Source: Prochlorococcus sp. AG-409-O23 (GTDB taxonomy: Bacteria; Cyanobacteriota; Cyanobacteriia; PCC-6307; Cyanobiaceae). Taken from it: a stretch of 64,000 bases of DNA. Position 1 is the first letter of the stretch, and each line of letters opens with the position of its first letter. This document shows positions 59,597 to 64,000 of this stretch, piece by piece. The stretch lies in the NCBI GenBank assembly GCA_003215355.1, contig QCKL01000001.1:51001-115000 (forward strand), read 5' to 3'. A program made the position numbers and the translations under genes. The notes under the pieces were generated by a model. The model did no database searches. It had not been told where the DNA came from and was given only the letters and a program-made list of their open reading frames with translations.

Positions 59597-61732
59597 GTGA
59601 GACTAAGTGAAAAAGAGATTCAGGAGATATTCACCAGCCTAAAGGAAGGGCGAAGTTTAGACATTGTTTACAGAGAAAAGCTTTTCGAAACAAACCATAA
59701 ATGTGAGCTCATTTGGGATGGCAAAGAGGCCAAAGAAGAAAAGTTAATATCAGACTTCAAAATACTTGAAGATTTTATCTACACTCAAAATATCTGCGAC
59801 TCAAATAAAGTTGTAAAGACAGAGTTAGTTAATAGTGATTACTTATTAGAAGACTGGAGCAATAAGTTAATTCATGGTGACAATAAACTCATACTTGCAT
59901 CTCTTAAAAAAGGGAAGCTAAGAGATCAAGTGAATAAAATCGGTGGCATAAAGCTAATTTACATTGATCCTCCATTTGACGTAGGCACAGATTTCAAAAT
60001 GGATCTAACAATTGATAGTGAAGCCTCAAGCGAGAGCCTAGAAACGATAAGTCAAATCGCCTATCATGATTCATGGGGTTCGCAGGAAGAATCTTATCTA
60101 TCAATGATCTACGAAAGAATAAAGATCGCATATTCTTTGCTGCATGATGATGGCTTTATGTTTGTACATTGCGACTACCGAATAGATGCTTATTTACGTT
60201 TAATTATGGATGAATTATTTGGCAAAAGTTGTTTTGTTAACCAAATAATCTGGAGGAGGAAAGGAGGATCTGCCTTAAAGGGAATGGCATGCCTATCAAA
60301 TGCTCACGACATAATCCTCTGTTATTCTAAAAAACAAGGTACAAGAATCAACTCTATTTACTCTGATGCTTCCAGTGAGTATATAAACAAGCAATTTAAG
60401 TATAAGGACCCAGATGGAAGAGCCTACATGGTGAATGTCATGAGGAGTCCATCACCCAGACCCAATTTAAAATACAACTACAAGGGTTACAAGACACCTC
60501 CAAATGGATGGTCCGTACCACGCAAGACTATGGACAAGTTAGACGCAGAAGGACGGCTTCATTACCCAGAATCAAAGAATAAGCAAATCTACAAAAAGAT
60601 CTACCTAGATGAATACCCTGGACAACTTATTAACACACTTTGGACAAATATTCCCGCCTTAAAAGGCAACAACAAAGAGATACTTGGCTACCCAACACAA
60701 AAGCCAGAAGCACTGCTTGAGAGGATAATAAAAATAGGCTCACGGCCTGGAGATTTAGTATTCGACTTCTTCTGTGGTTCAGGCACAACTTGCGCAGTTG
60801 CAGAAAAATTAGGAAGAAAATGGATAGGTGCAGACAATGGTCAACTTGCAATCCATATAACCAAAAAAAGACTATTAGACTTAAGAAGTTATTCCAGCCA
60901 GTTAAACTCACAAAAGACTTACTTCCAACTTCTTACACTTGGAAATGATGAAAAACAATACTTTATAGACAAACTTGAATGCTCTTCAGAGGATGAACAG
61001 CCTAAATCCAAAAAGGGTGAGAATTTTCAAAGACTTGTGCTACGCACTTATAAAGCCAAGCCCATTAATGGCTTCACTTTGATCTCTGGAAAGAAATCAG
61101 ACAAGTATGTTGCCATATGGAAGACTAGTAAAAGGTGTCCATGGTCCTTTATCAAAGATGTTATACATGAAGCAATTAGCGAGAGCATAACCAAGGTAGA
61201 AATACTTTCTTTCGATTATGATTTTGGGCTATTAAACATAGCCGAAGAGTTAGCCAAAGAAGAAGGGATTGATTTGAGCTTGAAATACATACCCAGAGAT
61301 ATATTCAATGCCAATGCAATCAAAAAGGAAAACCTAACATTTTATAACTCTAGTTTTCTAAAGATCAAAACATCTATAAGAGACGGTCAGGCAGTTATAA
61401 CAATGCAAAATTACTCGATATCTAAATCTAATCCAACAGAGGAAGCTAAACCAGATTTTAGGCAATGGGTAGATATAATTGACTACTGGTCAGTAGGGTT
61501 TATGTGCAAAAGGTTGCAGCAGTTTGCTGTAGATAAAAATAATGTTGGGGACCAATTTAATTCATGTCGGGATCTGTTGTTTGAAAACCATTGGCAGTCA
61601 TACAGAACCTCGTCAAGAAAAATAATTTGCTTAACTACTCCTCCATTGCAAATACCTGAAAATGCAAAATATATGGTAGCGAAAGCTCGTGATCTTTTCG
61701 GGAATGAAAGCATAAAAGTGCATAAGTTCTAG
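59597..61732 (+). CDS. site-specific DNA methyltransferase (N6-adenine/N4-cytosine beta class, Type III Mod-like) with a long C-terminal extension
   Basis: ELIWDGK near the N-terminus, motif IV IYIDPPFDVGTDF (residues ~121-133), TQKPEALLERII, and motif I FDFFCGSGTTCAVAEKLGRKWIGAD (~389-413). About 280 further residues have no motif I recognise. GTG start, AT-rich. Confidence 0.85.
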   Translation: MRLSEKEIQEIFTSLKEGRSLDIVYREKLFETNHKCELIWDGKEAKEEKLISDFKILEDFIYTQNICDSNKVVKTELVNSDYLLEDWSNKLIHGDNKLILASLKKGKLRDQVNKIGGIKLIYIDPPFDVGTDFKMDLTIDSEASSESLETISQIAYHDSWGSQEESYLSMIYERIKIAYSLLHDDGFMFVHCDYRIDAYLRLIMDELFGKSCFVNQIIWRRKGGSALKGMACLSNAHDIILCYSKKQGTRINSIYSDASSEYINKQFKYKDPDGRAYMVNVMRSPSPRPNLKYNYKGYKTPPNGWSVPRKTMDKLDAEGRLHYPESKNKQIYKKIYLDEYPGQLINTLWTNIPALKGNNKEILGYPTQKPEALLERIIKIGSRPGDLVFDFFCGSGTTCAVAEKLGRKWIGADNGQLAIHITKKRLLDLRSYSSQLNSQKTYFQLLTLGNDEKQYFIDKLECSSEDEQPKSKKGENFQRLVLRTYKAKPINGFTLISGKKSDKYVAIWKTSKRCPWSFIKDVIHEAISESITKVEILSFDYDFGLLNIAEELAKEEGIDLSLKYIPRDIFNANAIKKENLTFYNSSFLKIKTSIRDGQAVITMQNYSISKSNPTEEAKPDFRQWVDIIDYWSVGFMCKRLQQFAVDKNNVGDQFNSCRDLLFENHWQSYRTSSRKIICLTTPPLQIPENAKYMVAKARDLFGNESIKVHKF

Positions 61733-62022
61733 CGCTTAATCATGAACTATTTTATCTACCAAATGATTCATCTATTGCAATCCTTACCATTACTATCAGT
61801 AAGAATGGGGGTAAGAAATTTAACTAAGCTTTTCCTGTAGATCTATATACCCAATAAAAACATATAACAACAATCAACCAAGGAAATAATGCTCTAAATA
61901 TCCACAGAGAAAGGACCAACAAAAAGGCTGAAATGAAAATCTTCTTAGTCGGCTCCTTAGCAGAATCAGCCATTACTTCCCAGCTTGGGACAAGAGGCAT
62001 AAGTCCTTAAAGCCTTCCCTAA

Positions 62023-62172
62023 TCACTCACCCTTGGGATGCCAATGCTGACACTTGATCCCTTTTGCAACATCGGGTGAGACTGCAACACACCAAACTCT
62101 GCAAAAGCCACCCTCAGAGAGACAGCCTTCAAAATTTTTGCAGTTAGCGCAGCGAGGAGGGGTAAAAGACAT
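62023..62172 (-). CDS. small Cys-rich protein (49 aa), HiPIP-like Cys pattern, paralog 1
   Basis: My translation: MSFTPPRCANCKNFEGCLSEGGFCRVWCVAVSPDVAKGIKCQHWHPKGE. Below the track cutoff. The opposite-strand track ORF 62054-62281 is probably spurious. Confidence 0.55.
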   Translation of the reverse strand: MSFTPPRCANCKNFEGCLSEGGFCRVWCVAVSPDVAKGIKCQHWHPKGE

Positions 62173-62540
62173 TTTTAGGGATACGAACGCCCATAACTTA
62201 TGTCTACCACAGCGTCGGGAAAGCTATGGACAATTTGCCTGGATCATTGCCTCAGCTTCTAAACGCAAAAACTTTTTTTAGAATAGTCAATACTCAGAAG
62301 ATTGTTCTGGCTTCAAAGAAATCAAATATGCCTAAATGGTCTTAAGAGGTTCTAAGAAATATTTCCTGGAAATGACTTTTCTGAAGGTTATAAGATTTAG
62401 TGAAAAATCATAAAGAAGGGCAGGAGATACCTGCCCTCACCCCTTAGGAACTGATTTGTTTTCTACGTTCGTTCCCGTTGGGTCTTATTTCTTTTCTAAT
62501 AAGAAAATAACGAAGTGTCAGTAGGCAAAATCACTCCTTT

Positions 62541-62693
62541 TTATTTGCTCGACTTGCTTTCCCAATGTTCACATTTAATCCCCTTAAAGGCCTCTGCGGG
62601 AGCAGCAATGCACCACACCCTACAGAAGCCTTCGTCAAGGGGCGCACCAGTGAAATTCTTGCAACTGCTGCAACGAGGCCTATCAACAATCAT
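62541..62693 (-). CDS. small Cys-rich protein (50 aa), HiPIP-like Cys pattern, paralog 2
   Basis: MIVDRPRCSSCKNFTGAPLDEGFCRVWCIAAPAEAFKGIKCEHWESKSSK. C8, C11, C24, C28, C41, H43 and W44 occupy the same positions as in paralog 1. Confidence 0.55.
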   Translation of the reverse strand: MIVDRPRCSSCKNFTGAPLDEGFCRVWCIAAPAEAFKGIKCEHWESKSSK

Positions 62694-62851
62694 CGCGGAT
62701 GAGGATTATTTGTTAGGGCGCCTCTGGGGACATTGGGCGCCCATAAGTTCAGGACAATTTTTTGGTGGTTTTACGTCCTGACTCATTTTTATTTTTAAAC
62801 AGAGCCAAACATTAAAAGCGTGAGTAGAAATTCCTAATTATCAAGAAAAGA

Positions 62852-62925
62852 GAAAAAAGGCGCCCTCATCGAGTAGCGCCTAAAACGACATCTGGTGTGA
62901 GGAGTGTCGTATACCTGGTCTACAC
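62852..62925 (-). ncRNA. yfr1: Yfr1-like cyanobacterial sRNA
   Basis: The minus strand reads ...GGTATACGAC-ACTCCTCACAC-CAGATGTCGTTTTAGGCGCTACTCGATGAGGGCGCCTTTTTT. The exact 11-nt Yfr1 signature ACUCCUCACAC (62895-62905) is followed by a GC stem-loop and a U6 terminator. The 5' end is uncertain. Confidence 0.55.
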
Positions 62926-62978
62926 CTATCAGGAAGTTTTTGTCACTATTAAAAAGTCACTTTAAATATTTCTCCTGA

Positions 62979-63028
62979 CTTCAATTCATTAAAAAAGGGC
63001 CGAGTGGCCCTTTTTTAATGAATTGAAG
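62979..63028. terminator. bidirectional terminator after groEL: perfect 23-bp inverted repeat
   Basis: CTTCAATTCATTAAAAAAGGGCC-GAGT-GGCCCTTTTTTAATGAATTGAAG. A GGGCC/GGCCC stem core has A6 and T6 runs, 31 nt after the groEL stop. Confidence 0.8.
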
Positions 63029-63059
63029 AGCCAACTCAAAAGAGTCAGTCGCCATCCCA

Positions 63060-64000
63060 TCAATAATCAAAATCCCCACCCATTCCACCGCCTGCACCTG
63101 CAGGTGCAGCCTCCTTCTTCTCAGGCAAGTCAGCAACAATGCACTCTGTAGTTAAAACCATTCCCGCAATTGAGGCAGCATTCTGCAATCCAGAGCGAGT
63201 GACTTTTGCTGGGTCAACAATTCCTGCCGAAAGCATGTCTACATACTCACCAGTTGCTGCGTTATAGCCATCGCTTATTGGCTTACTTTTCACATTCTCA
63301 GCAACCACAGCGCCATTTGCGCCAGCATTCTCCGCAATTCGCATCAAAGGAGATGTAAGTGCAGCCTCAACAATATTTGCACCTATCAACTCCTCACCAC
63401 TGAGATTGCTGCTTGACCACTGCTGAAGAGCAGGTGCCAAGTGAGCCAAGGTTGTCCCGCCACCAGGAACGATGCCTTCTTCTACAGCTGCCTTAGTGGC
63501 ATTGATGGCATCCTCAAGACGAAGCTTCTTATCTTTCATCTCAGTTTCAGTTGCCGCTCCAACCTTCACAACTGCTACACCCCCAGCCAACTTTGCAAGG
63601 CGTTCTTGAAGCTTCTCCTTGTCATAGGTGGAGTCAGTTTCATCCATCTGCTTCTTAATCTGTTCACATCGAGCCTTTACAGCAACCTCATTGCCTTCTG
63701 CAACGATCGTGCTGGTGTCTTTGTTAATAGTGACACGACGTGCTGTACCCAGCATTTCTAACTTGGCATTTTCAAGCTTGAGACCAGCATCTTCTGTAAT
63801 CAACTGACCATTAGTTAAAACCGCCATATCCTCTAGCATTGCCTTACGGCGATCACCAAAGCCAGGCGCTTTAACAGCAGCAACATTAAGAACACCACGC
63901 AAACGATTAACAACCAATGTTGCTAGTGCTTCCTTCTCAATGTCCTCGGCAATGATTAAAAGTGGCTTCCCTGTGCGTGCAATTTGTTCAAGGACAGGCA
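63060..64000 (-). CDS. groEL: chaperonin GroEL, C-terminal part (gene continues beyond window end)
   Basis: ...[27 protein letters not shown]...[10 protein letters not shown]...[11 protein letters not shown]. The frame stays open upstream of the track Met to position 64000 ([35 protein letters not shown]). Confidence 0.95.
   Translation of the reverse strand, partial: PVLEQIARTGKPLLIIAEDIEKEALATLVVNRLRGVLNVAAVKAPGFGDRRKAMLEDMAVLTNGQLITEDAGLKLENAKLEMLGTARRVTINKDTSTIVAEGNEVAVKARCEQIKKQMDETDSTYDKEKLQERLAKLAGGVAVVKVGAATETEMKDKKLRLEDAINATKAAVEEGIVPGGGTTLAHLAPALQQWSSSNLSGEELIGANIVEAALTSPLMRIAENAGANGAVVAENVKSKPISDGYNAATGEYVDMLSAGIVDPAKVTRSGLQNAASIAGMVLTTECIVADLPEKKEAAPAGAGGGMGGDFDY

Overview
The window looks like a low-GC marine picocyanobacterium, most likely a low-light-adapted Prochlorococcus. 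Evidence: a pcb chlorophyll a/b antenna gene, a cyAbrB regulator, a Yfr1-type sRNA motif, and cyanobacterial rpoZ, secG and groEL. Conserved core genes sit at both ends: serA, an S4-domain gene, tRNA-Val and murD at 1-3.4 kb, and rpoZ, an Hsp70-like gene, pyrR, gpmI, secG and groEL at 54-64 kb. Between them lies about 50 kb of island-like DNA, rich in short ORFs, many under 60 aa and so absent from the ORF track. It carries AT-rich cell-surface genes (GT2, GT4, sulfotransferase), a zinc-uptake locus (znuA plus a His-rich outer-membrane protein, znuC, zur, znuB, with a palindromic Zur-type box), a high-GC selO gene, a Calx-beta/RTX protein, a T4 denV-like glycosylase and duplicated cupin genes. 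The findings I rate highest: (1) five direct copies of a core taken from the 5' end of an EVE-domain gene, bounding four cargo modules over 40.6-53.2 kb, as if from serial site-specific integration; (2) a three-gene cluster (24.7-25.7 kb) encoding Cys/His/Trp-motif proteins and decapeptide-repeat membrane proteins; (3) an orphan DNA methyltransferase with a roughly 280-aa uncharacterised C-terminal extension between secG and groEL; (4) a Yfr1-like sRNA followed by two HiPIP-like mini-proteins. I saw no rRNA, CRISPR array, transposase or integrase. All calls come from reading the sequence by eye, with no database search.
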